Shown piece by piece: positions 43,689-55,900 of a stretch of 64,000 nt of DNA. Made by a program: the position numbers and the translations under genes. Below the pieces are notes generated by a model that was not told the origin of the DNA, made no database searches, and saw nothing but the letters and a program-made list of their open reading frames with translations. Each line of letters opens with the position of its first letter. Positions within the stretch are counted from its first letter, which is position 1. Source of the stretch: Monocercomonoides exilis PA203 (Eukaryota > Protista > Preaxostyla); the NCBI GenBank assembly GCA_001643675.2, contig LSRY02000035.1, positions 868,001 to 932,000 of the forward strand, in the 5' to 3' direction.

Positions 43689-45541
43689 AAATATTTCCTT
43701 TCAGGCATTTTCACTTAAAAATAATGCACTTTTCATTGACTTTATCAGAACACAAAACACAATAAAAATGGGTTCTTTATTTGACATTCGTGAAATGTCG
43801 CCACACTTTATGTTTTGTTTTCAACGATGCATGTTTGCAGATATTAAAATCAAATTTATTTCAAAATTTAAGAAAGTGAAATAAAGTTATGAGTGAAGCA
43901 ATTCTTTAATGCCTTGTGAAAAAAAAACTTGAAAATTAGTGTTTTCCCCCATTTCTAATAAAATGAAACAAATATTTAGTGTTTCGTTTCGTGTTTATTT
44001 TTGTGTTTATTTTTGGCTTGAAACAATCAAAATTCGCAGAAAACATTTTCACAAATATTGTGATAATTTTTTCTTTAATAAACGAATAATAATTTTCATC
44101 ACTTGAATAACCTTTATAAAACATTTATTTTTCATGATGAAAATTTCGATTTCGATTGAAAGTTTTTCGACTTTGAATTATTTTTGGTGTAATTGATCGA
44201 GTATAATATTTGTGAGAAAAAATAAACGAGCCAAATTAAGTGAAATGCAAAGAGGGTTTGAAAACCATATAGATAGCTGATTTTGCCACCAATGAACATT
44301 CTGTTTTCTTTTTTATTGGTTAGAAAAATAATTTGAATTGATAATTTTGGAAAATCAATTTTTCGATGGATTTAGAGAAAATTATGACGATATGTTGCTG
44401 TTATATGTCAAAATTTTATTGATAAGTTCGTTTTATTGTATTTTCGATCTAATAAAAAACATCATATTCCGATCAAATTTCTGTTCCCACTAATAAAACT
44501 TTGCTGTAATTGAAATAATATCATTGCTTAGGTTCTGTTTTCATGATTGCGAAATTTGACGAGTGGAAACAGAAATTTGATCGAAATATGAAATTTTTAT
44601 TAAATTTGAAAAATAAACAAAGGAACTTTTCAAAAAAATTTTCACATTAATAATATTTCTTTGCTAATAAAAACATTTATTGTGTCATAAATCCGGGACA
44701 TGAAATCAATCCGAAACAACACTTTAAAATAAACTTCAATTTTGCATTTCGCTCATTTATTTAATACAAATAAATGAGCGAAATGCAAAATTGAAGTTTA
44801 TTTTAAAGTGTTGTTTCGGATTGATTTCATGTCCCGGATTTATGACACATTATTCATTTTTTGACGTTTGCAACATGTGTTCATATTTTGAGCGTTTGTG
44901 AAAAAAAAATCACTGGGTGGCGACTTTTTTCTTCAGTCATATCATTATTTGTCTTTCATTTCATTTCAAAAAATATTTGTGAAGATTTTTTTGTTGAGAA
45001 AATGTAAGTTTTAATTAAGTGGAACAGAATTCACAAAGATTAAAATAAATTCCCATAGTGAATTATTATTCATACACATTCATTATTTTGAACCTATTCA
45101 CATATAAAAAATGCATATCAATCTCATTGAAATTAACAATATGAAAAACTTCAACGCATTATATTTATCAATAATGAGGTACAATCCCAATTGGCGGACA
45201 TAACCCATAATTATTTATTTGAAAAAAGAAAAAAGAAATAAATACAAATATAAAAATCATGTTTATTTGTTGAAGATATGGGGGAAAATACGGACTTTCA
45301 AGCTTTTTTTGCACAAAGCATTGAAAAAATGCTTCACTCATAACTTTATTTCACTTTCTTTGATTTCAAAATTAATTTGATTTTCAAATCTGCACACAGG
45401 CGTCGTTGAAATCAAAACAAAAATCATTGTGTCATTTCACGAATTTCAAAAAATGGGCTCATTTTCATTGTGTTTTTTGTTCTCAAAAAGTTAATCGAAA
45501 ATGCATAATTTTTCAATGAAAATGCCTGAAGAGAAATATTT
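43689..45541. mobile_element. Old non-coding foldback/MITE-like element with long imperfect inverted repeats (~43689-43955 vs ~45275-45541) and a central hairpin (44462-44491 vs 44562-44591)
   Basis: 31-bp perfect inverted core 43870-43900 / 45330-45360 inside ~270-bp diverged arms; the central 30-bp stem has 2 mismatches. Confidence 0.6.
44681..44849. mobile_element. 169-bp perfect hairpin element (82-bp arms, 5-nt loop AATAC), TGT...ACA ends, TTAT flanking duplication; Ginger-like non-autonomous element
   Basis: 44681-44762 is the exact reverse complement of 44768-44849; TTAT at 44677-44680 and 44850-44853. Confidence 0.8.
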
Positions 45542-45781
45542 TGCCCCATATGTTAAAAATGAAAAGTGCTGGTGGGTGCTGTACTTAGAAAATAAAATTA
45601 TAGACAAAAATATTTTTTTATTGTTTGTTCATAAAAAAATTAGTAAAGAATAACACTGAATGGCTTGAAAAATTAATGAATAGAAAACAATAACTTAGTG
45701 AGTTATGTGCTTTAACCTGCAGCATTCTGAATCATCGATATTTTTTATTTCATCTGAAAAAAGAAAAAAAAGTTAATTGAC

Positions 45782-46699
45782 TTAAAAATTAAAATTTAAA
45801 ACTTCCATTTGTTTATAAATATTATTGACGGCCAAGGAATCCAAAAACGTGTAATAAGTGCTTTCTTCTTGCCTTTTGTAAGCGAAAGAATCCATGTAGG
45901 ATTGAATCACAGAATGTCTAACTCCATGTGGTGGTAAACTTTTACGAAACAAGGACCAGAGACCTTCTATACGGTTAGTGTGAGTGTTTGTATCTTTATT
46001 AATAAATGTTTTTTTGTGATTGACCATTCTATGTGTGTAACCAAGATTTTCCATTCCATTGTAGGCACGCCAGCTGTCACTGTTGATTATAGAACCCAAT
46101 TCAATGTTTCTTCTCACTGAAGAATGCAAAGTGTGCTTTTTTCTATCTGGAACCATTTCCATAAACATAATGCTTTTTCCTTTTCCTGTTTGAGGTAAGT
46201 CAATGCCACCGAAAACCCACTGTTGAGGTTTTTTTCTTCCTTTTTTATATTTTCTGCGAAATAATAGCATCTCATCTATTTGCACTATTCTATTGACTCC
46301 ACCAATCCTTCTCTTCATAATATGCATTTCCCGAGACACAGCGCTCCTAAAAAGAGAATAAATATGGCAAACCGTGTTTTTGGATAGATTTGTAAGTAAA
46401 GTTGCCTGTTTTGCTGTAATATTTATCCAAAAATATAGTGACAACTTCATAAATTGATGCATTTTTATTCGAATATTTTCAAATATTGTATTTTTTCTTA
46501 AGCTGACTGATTGGTGCTGGCAACGGTAGCGAAATCTTTCATCTACTTCTTTTTTGAATCCTATCATCTTTTTGCATTTGCTGCAGTAAATTTGCTTCTT
46601 AACCAAATTCCTTTCAACAAGAAAATCAACGGTTTTTTCTTCATCGTTGAAGGTTTGGCTCAATTTGGATATTTCTGATTTTTTATTTGAATTTTCCAT
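45782..46699 (-). CDS. Merlin / IS1595 (ISXO2-like) DDE transposase
   Basis: N-terminal CxxC..RYRC, SLRKNTIF, IGGVNRIVQIDE, WVFGGID, VPDRKKHTL, GSIINSDSWRAY, HRMVNH, HTNRIEGLW; first ATG at 46699. Confidence 0.92.
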   Translation of the reverse strand: MENSNKKSEISKLSQTFNDEEKTVDFLVERNLVKKQIYCSKCKKMIGFKKEVDERFRYRCQHQSVSLRKNTIFENIRIKMHQFMKLSLYFWINITAKQATLLTNLSKNTVCHIYSLFRSAVSREMHIMKRRIGGVNRIVQIDEMLLFRRKYKKGRKKPQQWVFGGIDLPQTGKGKSIMFMEMVPDRKKHTLHSSVRRNIELGSIINSDSWRAYNGMENLGYTHRMVNHKKTFINKDTNTHTNRIEGLWSLFRKSLPPHGVRHSVIQSYMDSFAYKRQEESTYYTFLDSLAVNNIYKQMEVLNFNF

Positions 46700-46817
46700 A
46701 TTTAATAATGGGTTATGTCCACCTATTGGGATTGTACAAATAATGAAAATGGAAATCACGAAAGGTTATGGGTACAGAAAAAATAAAAGATTGTTTAATT
46801 CATATTTATCATTATTT

Positions 46818-48053
46818 ATGGAGAAAGAAAATTTCGTCATGAATGATTTGATAGTCCCGCAACAAATCAAAGAGTTTGCGATGGGGTTGTCAGAAGAGCA
46901 AAGAAGAAAATGCCTCTGTTTGTTTTTGAACAGCTCGCCAAATTTACCAATATCAACGGAGATGGAAAGATTTTCAGAATCTCTTGGCGTTTTGGAAAAA
47001 GCGGATTTTTGGAAGGCTGTATCGGAAGTTCAGGCTCAATCGACAAATCTTGTTCCATTGCCAAGCTTACCCACTTCTAACAACATTTGCGCATATCCTG
47101 CTGCTCCACCGAATCTCGAGGGAGTTAACAGTTCAGTGCCAGTTGCAAACGAAGTTAGTTGCGAACCTCCCATTAACTTAGGAGATGCAGCTCCGAAGAA
47201 TAAATGGGAATTAAGCTTTATTGCTCCAATCATTGACGAAGAAGGCGTTCCTTCTCCGCAATTCTTTTCTCAGCTGATGAAAGGTGAAATAGCAATAAAA
47301 GATCTGGAAAAAGAAAAGCCACCATTTTCAAGTTCAACAGCCGCTCAGCGTGAAGTTGCAAGGAATTCAATCAAAAACGACACATTTCGAAACGACAAAT
47401 GCTTGAATGAGGACCAAAAGGCTGTTGCAGCAGAATACAAACGAATTTGGGAAAAAGAGAAGAAGAGAGTTGATTGCAACAAAATGTTTCGTATCAGTGA
47501 TGTTTGCTTAATGAGTTGCCTTGTGGCTGTGCTAATTATTGGAATTGTCATATGGATTGCAGGATTAGCGATCTTGGGAAATGATTTATCATTTTAAAGC
47601 GGGCTAGCACTTATTATTGTTGGATCGCTAATTATTATTATCTCTGTTATCATGTTAATTTGCATGTGCTGCCCTTTCTGTATGAATTCTTTAGGAACGG
47701 AAAGAGATTTATCCTCGAATGAGTTTTATTGTGATTTGAAAGAATGTGTAAGGTTGTGTGTGGAAAAAAGAGTTAAGAATTGGAGGAGAAGAAAGGAATG
47801 GAGATGGCTTATGACAAGAAAAGAAAGAGAGGCTGAAGAAAAGATTGACAAAGAGGAGGAAGAAAGAAAGAAAAAGGAAGAAGATGAAAAATTGAGCCGT
47901 GAAGCTGCAATTGAAATGGAGAAACTTCAACTTAAGCGAGCATTTTCTGAAAATGATGAAGAAGTTAACAGCAAATATCATAATTGCAATCACAGTACTT
48001 TGATTGTTGTGGATGTTGGATCAGGAGCACTCAAAAAGGACGATGATTATTAG
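46818..48053 (+). pseudogene. Hypothetical two-TM protein with Pro-rich N-terminal part and charged C-terminus, interrupted by one in-frame TAA (47595-47597)
   Basis: ORFs 46647-47597 and 47652-48053 are in the same frame; read-through gives ...IAGLAILGNDLSF*SGLALIIVGSLIIIISVIMLICMCC (two hydrophobic helices). Confidence 0.55.
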
Positions 48054-48789
48054 ACGTTGTGAATGATAGATTTTTTTCCATATGGATGAGAACGAGTCGC
48101 ATTTCTTTCTTTCTTTTGGGGAATTTTAAAATTGATGTTCAAACGCTTTTTTGGGTTTTTATTGCTTATTTTTGACGTTTAACTTTGTTTTATTTTGTTA
48201 AAATAATTTTTTCATTTTGAGTTAGAGTTTTTATATGTAAAATTTTTACAGATTGTTTTATGTGTATTGTTAAGTTTTTGTGAAACATGTTCAGTTTTCG
48301 TTAAAGATCTGCATTTGATTGATGAGGAATTTGGAAAATTAATTTTCCCCATCAACATCAAAAAATATGTACATTGATTTGTAAAATTCAAAACTAACAT
48401 TTCACTTTTTCTCTTTTTAGTGATTATGAATTTGAAAGAGCAATTTTTCTGTTCAAAAATTGAAATTTTATTGAAACAAGAGATCCAGTTTTTTTCAACT
48501 TAATTTCTGTGACAAGTTTACTGCTATTTTTAACTCATAAAAAAATTAGTGCCTTTTGAGAAAGAAAAGAAAATAAAAGAAAAGAAAGAATAAAAAAGCA
48601 AAGTCCTCAAATTTTTTGAATCAGTATACACAAATACGAAAAAGGTGAAATGCTTCCGAAAAGCGAAAGAGAGGGAGAACGAGAGAAAGAGAAAGAGAGA
48701 GGTTTTGCAGGAAATTAATGAGAAATGCAAAAATATACACAGAAGTGAGATGGAGGATGACATGACACAACGCAAACAGCGCAAAGCAC

Positions 48790-49937
48790 TCACCAAATTG
48801 GACACCAACCCAGGAAGAGCTGGCACAGATTCTCAGGATTGGTCGCTTCCTCAATAAGAAAATGGACTTGCAAAGCTGGCGGTATCGTTTCTCCGCCAAA
48901 CTCCTTTCCTTTCAGCTTGTCTTCAACACGCGCAATGGCAATGTTCGCTTTCCCTTTTGTCTTTTCTCGATTAGCCTCTGCAGGAAACATCTGAGCTCTT
49001 GTGTTTGGCCTGCCGACCGTTCTGCCGTCGGCGCCTGTGTCCTGCTGGCTGAACGACAGCGGGTTGTCTACGCGCGACGCAGCGGGTGTGGCAGGGGCGT
49101 GTGTTTTGTCTGTATCCAGAGTGAACCAGTTGGCGAGCGGGTCGAGCACAAAGGCCTCCAGCATTGCCATGATGGACCCTTTGTTCACCCGCAGCACAGA
49201 CATGATCCGCTCGCAGCTGCGTCTGAAGGCCCCGCGGATGGCGCCGATGTCCATTGCGTTGATCATCATGCGCGTCAGACGGAACGGAACACACTCGGCA
49301 AACCTCTCTCTGTCCTTGGCCACTTCGAAGCAGTCGCCGAAGTCGATGTGCACCACCCGCGCTGTCTTCCGCTCGAGCATCAGATTGCTCGGGTGTCTGT
49401 CTCCCAGCCCCAGCACATGCCCCACAATGCTCATCGCGGCATTCGTCTGGGTGAATGAACGCCGCCGCTCAAACCAGGCATCGGTTGTCTGTTGGAAGAT
49501 AATTTGATAGATAGAGTTGAAGCAAAGAAAGAGATGAGATAAAAATGATTGATAAAAAAAGGAATAAAGCAAAACAGAGATATTTCAATGTATTAAAATA
49601 AAGAAGAATAAGAAATTTACAAAGAAATAATGAAAATAACAATCAATTGTACATACATCGCTGTCCAACCACAGGATGTCGTAGAGATCTCTTCCTGGAG
49701 TGTTTGCTGAAACCCAGTTCAGAACATCGAGTTTTTCCATTTTTGTCAGCAGTTCGTAGGCTGTTCTCTTTGGATCCTGATGCTGTGCAGGTGGGCAGAT
49801 CTCTTCGGCTATCATTAAATGCTGCAAAAGAATAACAAAAAATACGTTTGAATGAAAAATTGACAAAAAAGGTAGAAATAAATAAAAAAAGTATTTTCAG
49901 AAACAATACATTATTGGAATAAAAAAATCAATAATTT

Positions 49938-49968
<31 letters not shown>

Positions 49969-52900
49969 CCAATAATTTCAATCTCCATATCTTCCACACC
50001 TCCAAGTCTGTCTTTATTCCTCTGTCTGCTCTGTACTGCCTGATCAGTGCATGCATTGTGTCGTGGCTGTTGAGCATGCCAATCAGCCCCGAGTTCGAAG
50101 AGAGAGGCACCACCGGATACTTCCTGATGACCAGCCCTTCCATCATCTCTGTCTGGAAGATCGTGTTGATCAGCCCAAACAGCTGCATCACCCGCTCGTC
50201 CATCCTCAGATCCTCTCTTCCCTTCAGCAGGAACTGGAAGTGGCTCCCGTCTGATCCCCTCATCGTCAGCAGGCGCGGCCTCTGCTTCGACGAGAACACA
50301 GTCAGCGTCTTCTCAAAGGCAGCCACATTCACACGCGTCTTGTCGCTCAGCCGCGCATCGCCCGAGGTGGTGCCAGGGACGGCGATGTGGAAGCTGTCCT
50401 TCACATTCAGAATGGGCGAGTGCAGAGACAACTCGATGGTCTGGAACTTCGTGAAGCGCAGCATCTCATACCAGATCGTCTTGTATCGGTCCCATGCTGC
50501 CTCAAAGTTCACAATCTCTTTCGTTGCATCATATTTCTGGATAAATCATAATTTGAAGAAATTGAATCAAATAAAATAAATAAATAAATAAATAAAATGA
50601 AAGAAAAATCCATCTCAAAAAAAGGAAGCAATTAATGCCAAACCATCACGTATTGTTTAGCGTCGATAAGCTTCGCCTCAAAGTTAGTCATAAAGTTCAT
50701 CTCAGGAATGGTGTTGAGGTCGTATGCAAACTGCACAATGATCTCTTCCAAGTCGCTTCGGCTGAGCTGAGCCAGACTCAGCTTCCTTCCACCAGACAGA
50801 ACAGAAGAAGGGTGGAAGGCATCGAGAAAGCCAGCAGTTGATGGCTGGGTGGGAGCAGCAGTGACCAAGTCAGTGTTAGTGAGCGGGTAAGCAGAAGAGG
50901 AAGAAGCAGACGCAGAGGAAGAAGACGATGATGAGGCAGAAGCAGAGGAAGACTGCTGATAAGCAGAGGATGAGGCAGATGCCGACTGCGACTGCTGGCC
51001 AGCCATTGCAGCAGCTCCTGTCTGCTGTGGAGATGGTATCATTTCGAGCTCCTTCGGAATCTGCTCTTCTGGAATGTACTTGAGGAGGATCTCTCCCACC
51101 AGCATGCCCAGCCTTTCCTTCAGCTGCGCCAAGTTCTGCATCGCCTTTTTGTGGTCCTTTTTGGAGTCTGAGAGAAGCGAGTACAGATGGGTGATGTCGT
51201 TGAAGGCACCGTCGATGTCTCTCTGTGTGTAGTACTTCCCGCTGATCTCGTCGAGCGCATAGCACCACAGCTCCTCCATCGTCACAGCCACTCTGATCAG
51301 CTCGTGCCCAACAAGCTTCGCATCATACACAATCCCCTTCGATCTGTCCACCATCTTCTGCAGCACATGGTTCGCAATGTCCTTCCGCAGCCCGTTCTCC
51401 GACTTCGACGCGACAAGCAGAGGAAACAGGATCACATCTGGGTGTGTGCGTGAGATGCCGACGAGCAGCTCGTGCAGCTGTCCTCTCACTGGAATGTCCA
51501 GATCGAGCTGGGCGATGATCTGCGGAATGACAGCCACCCAAATGTCCTGGTGCGCCTTCGTCATCTCGTCGAAGGACGGCTTCAGCGAGTCAATCACAAA
51601 CAGCTTGTGGTACGTGGACAGCAAGTTCAGCAGCCTCAGCGTGTCCTGCAGAGTGCTCTTTGTGTTGTGGACGATGGCACGGGTGAATGCCTCGACTGTT
51701 CTGTACAGCAGCTTCAGCCAGTCGACAGAGTCCTTCAGCACCTGATTCTTCGTATATGCATCTGCCAGTGGAATGGCCGCATTTGGATTGCCAATCGCGT
51801 TCAGACGAGGACAGCAGCACCAATCAGAATCGCCTCCATTGCCACCCACACCGCTGCCGATGTTGTTGCTACTACTTGCACTTGCACTGTTCATTCCTCT
51901 GTTGAGTCCACGGAGTGCCCTGTTTGCATGGTAGTTGACTGCCTCTGACACGCGTTTCTCGAGCTCTTCCTCAAAGTTGGTGAATGTGCTCATCACAAAT
52001 GGCAGCCGGCGGAAGAGCATCAGAATCTCCTCCAGAAACGGCGTGAACTCGTCGCGCTTCTGTCTCTTGACCAGCTCGTTCGTCGCCATCGCCAGCTTGT
52101 GCCACGACTTGTGCCATGTAGGTGCACAGTCTCTGGCGTGGATGTAGCACACTGCTGCGTCTTTGATGTCCTCCAGAGCTTTGCTCGGCTGCAGCTGCAT
52201 TCCTCTCCGAAGCCACATCTTCGCATTGATCGTCGTCCGCTCGTTTGTCGTGTACATTGAAAGAATCTCCTTTGCATCTTCTTCCTGCCCATTCGCTAAG
52301 AGATGTCTGATCTCTGCATATTTCAGCTCCTTCAGCTGCCCCTGTTTCAGCGTCCTCCTTTCCCCAGTCTCTGTCGAGTTCCCACATATCTCTCCACTCA
52401 TCAGCTGGTTGAGCACATTCCATGCCATCGCCACGTGCCCGTCCTTTCTGCAGTACGATGAATACTTCAGCCACGACCGCAGATCATCTGAAGGAGACAC
52501 CACAAGCGAGCGAATGGCGAGTGAGTCCCGCCAGGCGAGGCTGTCGAACTTGGTTGCTTCGAGTCTGGTGCGCCACATCGTTGTCATCCGCTCCTTCACT
52601 TCGATGTTCGACTTGCACAGCAGAATCTCCTCCAGCTCCACCAGCTCCTGTGCGCGGAATGTGGTTGGGTAGATCCTGTCATAGGCAGCAGACGCTGTGG
52701 CTGCAGGATCTGCGCGGAGGGCGCTGCGTGCTTCTTTGATGAAGTTGTGTGCCTCTTCAGCCTGCCCATTGCGCACTGCCAGGACAGCCGAGAAGAACGA
52801 GTGGTCAGACGAGAACTTGTCCATCTCTTCCACAAACACCCCCATCTCCTCAAACTGATGCAGATGCAGTGCTGCCTGCGCCCCGAGTGTCGCCAGCTTC

Positions 52901-55900
52901 TTTCGTTCTTCACCATCCACGTCTTTGATGTACTTCAATGCAATCTCCAGTGCTTTCTTCGAGTTGCCCAGCTCCACATGCGACCTCACCAGCCCCATCA
53001 CATCGCTCACCCTCTTCGGTCCATTTCCTGTGAGTGCCTCTTCATACTGCCTGATGGCCTCTCCCCAGTCCTTCAGGATTTCCAGCTTGGAGGAGTCGAT
53101 CTGGATGCCAAAGAGCGCCTGCCCCAGTGACACCACCCCTCTCGCAGCATCGTCCTCGTGCAGCTGTCCACTCAGAGAGAGCAGAGAGTCTACTAAATCT
53201 GGAATGCTGGGTGTATCTGTGGTGATGTTGGTGCTTAGGATGGAATGCCCTGGCGATGGGAAGCCAGAAGAAGTGGAGAGAGGAGAGGAGTAGATGGAGC
53301 GGGCAGAGGCAGAAGAGATAAAAGCTGACTGAGGAACAGGTGGGGCATCGATGAACAGGCGGCGGGGGTTTGAGTGGTCGCCGACGCGTGTGCAGATCAT
53401 AGAATGCCAGCAAGGGTAGAGCATGTCTCTGCTCTGCCTGACGTTCTTGATGAGGAGGAGCTCCCAATAGCGAAGGGCACGTGGGAGCGAGTGGCAGCAC
53501 TCAGCCACACGCGCCAGAAGAGCCATACTCAAATCGAAGCTCGTCTCTCTGCGCTCCATGAACTCATCAAGGGCTGTTATGAATGAAAAAGAAAATAACA
53601 ATAAATAATTAAATAATTAAATAAAAGAAATATTAATAAGTCAAATATAATAAAACAAACCAAGAAAAGAGTTTGCCAAGTCAATCGGAAGGTTCCTCTT
53701 GCTGAGCATTTTGTGTATCTTTTCAATCACCTCGCTCTGCCCCGGCGGCTTCAGGTCGTCCCAAAAGGCAGCAAAGGCGTGGCAGAAGAGGGAAAGAGGG
53801 ATGGATGGGATTTCGATGCTGATAGGGGCGCAGGTGGAGAGGGCGGTGTGAGGCGAGAACTGGAGCAAGCGTCTGGTGAGGGTGCGGTACCACTCTTGAA
53901 GATCTTCAGCAGTCATCGTCTCGTCCATATCGAGGGCAGTTATGATCGGCTGGAGGAGAGCAGAAGGCTTCTCTTTCTCTGTCTCTGAGAAGAATGGCGG
54001 CAGAATCTTCATCCGCTCGTTCTCTTCAGTCACACTCGCGTTCAGCCGCTGCTTGAAGATGGCGATGAATTCTGTATTGTCCTTCCCCACCATCACAAGC
54101 GAATGGCGGAAGAGATCAGCAAACGTGTCGCTCTGTGAATACACAGAAGACGCCATTGTCTGCACACCCCCTGTGGCCAGCCCGCCTTGAATGGCCAGAG
54201 CATACAGGATTTGGATGACATGCTCAATGACAAACAGGTCGCGGTAGCTGTAGGCACAGCTGGTGTCAGCAGCAGAAGAGGCACCGCTGGCAGAGACAGA
54301 CGTCTGGACGATGATTTGAGGGGGAGAAAGAGGGCGGGCGAATTGGGACTGGTAGGAAGTGGCAGAGACGAAGGAGGCGTAGGAAGGAGGAGTGGGGGTG
54401 GCAGAGGAGGAGGAGGAGTGGCTGGAGATGAGGCTGCTGCCTGAGAAAGAGGCAGATGAGGGCATGTTGATCATAGATGTGCCAAAGGTGTATGGAGTGT
54501 TTGGATTCTCTGCTGCTGCTGATGATGATGAAGCTGATGATGAGGAAGAAGAGGAAGAGGAAGAAGTAACAGAAGAAAGAGAAGGAGAAGACGAGGCAGA
54601 AGAAGAGGCAGAGGCAGAGGCAGCGCTTGGCGGGAGGCGTGGGCAGAAGAGGAATTCAGTGTCATCTTCTGGGCGATGAACAGGGCGAGGGGGGAAATAC
54701 TCGTCTTCAGCGAAGATGCGAAATGCCTTCAAAGCGAAGGCGAAGGGGTGGACGGGAGGGAGAGCGAACTGGGTGAGGCAGTGGGAGAGGGGGGCTCCAG
54801 GAGGGATGTTGAAGGAGAGGTTGGTCAGATGGTCGATCTGTTCAGCCACATTCTGCAGGGTGATCTGTCTGCTGTGGCCATGACGTGAGGAGCGGGTGGA
54901 GGCATTGGAGGAAGAAGAGGAGGAGGAAGAGGAAGAAGAAGAGGAAGAAGGAGAAGTGAAGGGAGCAACAGGTGCAGCAGCAGTGTTGGATGAGGTGTAT
55001 GAAGGATGAGCAGGGGTTGGGGCAGAGGCAGAAGAGGAAGACTGAGAAGAAGGAGAGGAGGAAGAGGAAGAGATGGAGAGATGCTGGAGAAGTGTGGCTG
55101 GTGAAGCAGAACGAGGAAGGCCTTGCGAAGATGAAGATGAAGAGGAAGCAGCAGAAGAAGAAGCAGAAAGAGAAGGAGGGGCGAGGGTGTTGAAAGGGAG
55201 GAGGCGGAGGATAGAGCGGAGGATGTGTGTGGAGAAGGAGTGGATGGGGAGGCGGTGGCCGAAGATGGACAGGGAATACAGCGCAGCCAGACGAGAAGTG
55301 AAAGGCAGAGTGATGTCGTCGATGATGCCGATGATGGCAGGGATGAGATGAGGGACGTATTCGTCGAGGTAGTTGGAGAGGATTTCGAGTAAGTAGAGCG
55401 TCTCGTGAAGGTACCCTCTCTTTTGGATGTTGGAGAGGAGGAGGGGAACAAGGGCAGGCATTGTCATGCGCATGTCCTGATAGACAGAGAGGAGCTGCTC
55501 GACGAGCGGGGCGATGAAGATGAAGTGCGTGTGCCACAGGCGCTGGATGAGGTTGAGGATGTGTCCGATGTGCTCCCTCATCTCCAGTTTGAGGTGCTTC
55601 ACGAAGAATGTGAGGATGCGGAGGACGTGGTGGTAGACACCTGCACACTCGGCATTGTCGGCGATGCGGAAGAGCAAAGAAAGTGCCTGCGACAAGAAGA
55701 CTGCAAAAGTGCCTGGATGAGAGTTGATGATCAGAGCAACTGTGTGAAGCAGCTTTCCCACATGGTCTGTGCTCCCTTGCTGCAGCTGCTCTTCAATCTC
55801 CTGCAATAACAATGATAGCACAGGCCGTGTCACATCCCCCTTTTTCGGTCTGAGAAGGAGCATGGCTGTTGTGGGTGGGGCGGGTCTCTGCTGTTGTGGT

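Noticed and set aside
35734-47597. Alternative genetic code (TAA = Gln, as in the oxymonad Streblomastix), suggested by three in-frame TAAs
   Set aside because: Multi-kilobase exons (PKS, POP1, TOR) contain no TAA/TAG and use CAA/CAG; TAA terminates the PKS and the 71-aa gene; the same receptor gene also has a TGA and a frameshift, so these are lesions or errors
45560-48500. TIRs for the Merlin element
   Set aside because: Only a 6-bp CTGTAC/GTACAG match (~45579/46772) was found, which is not significant
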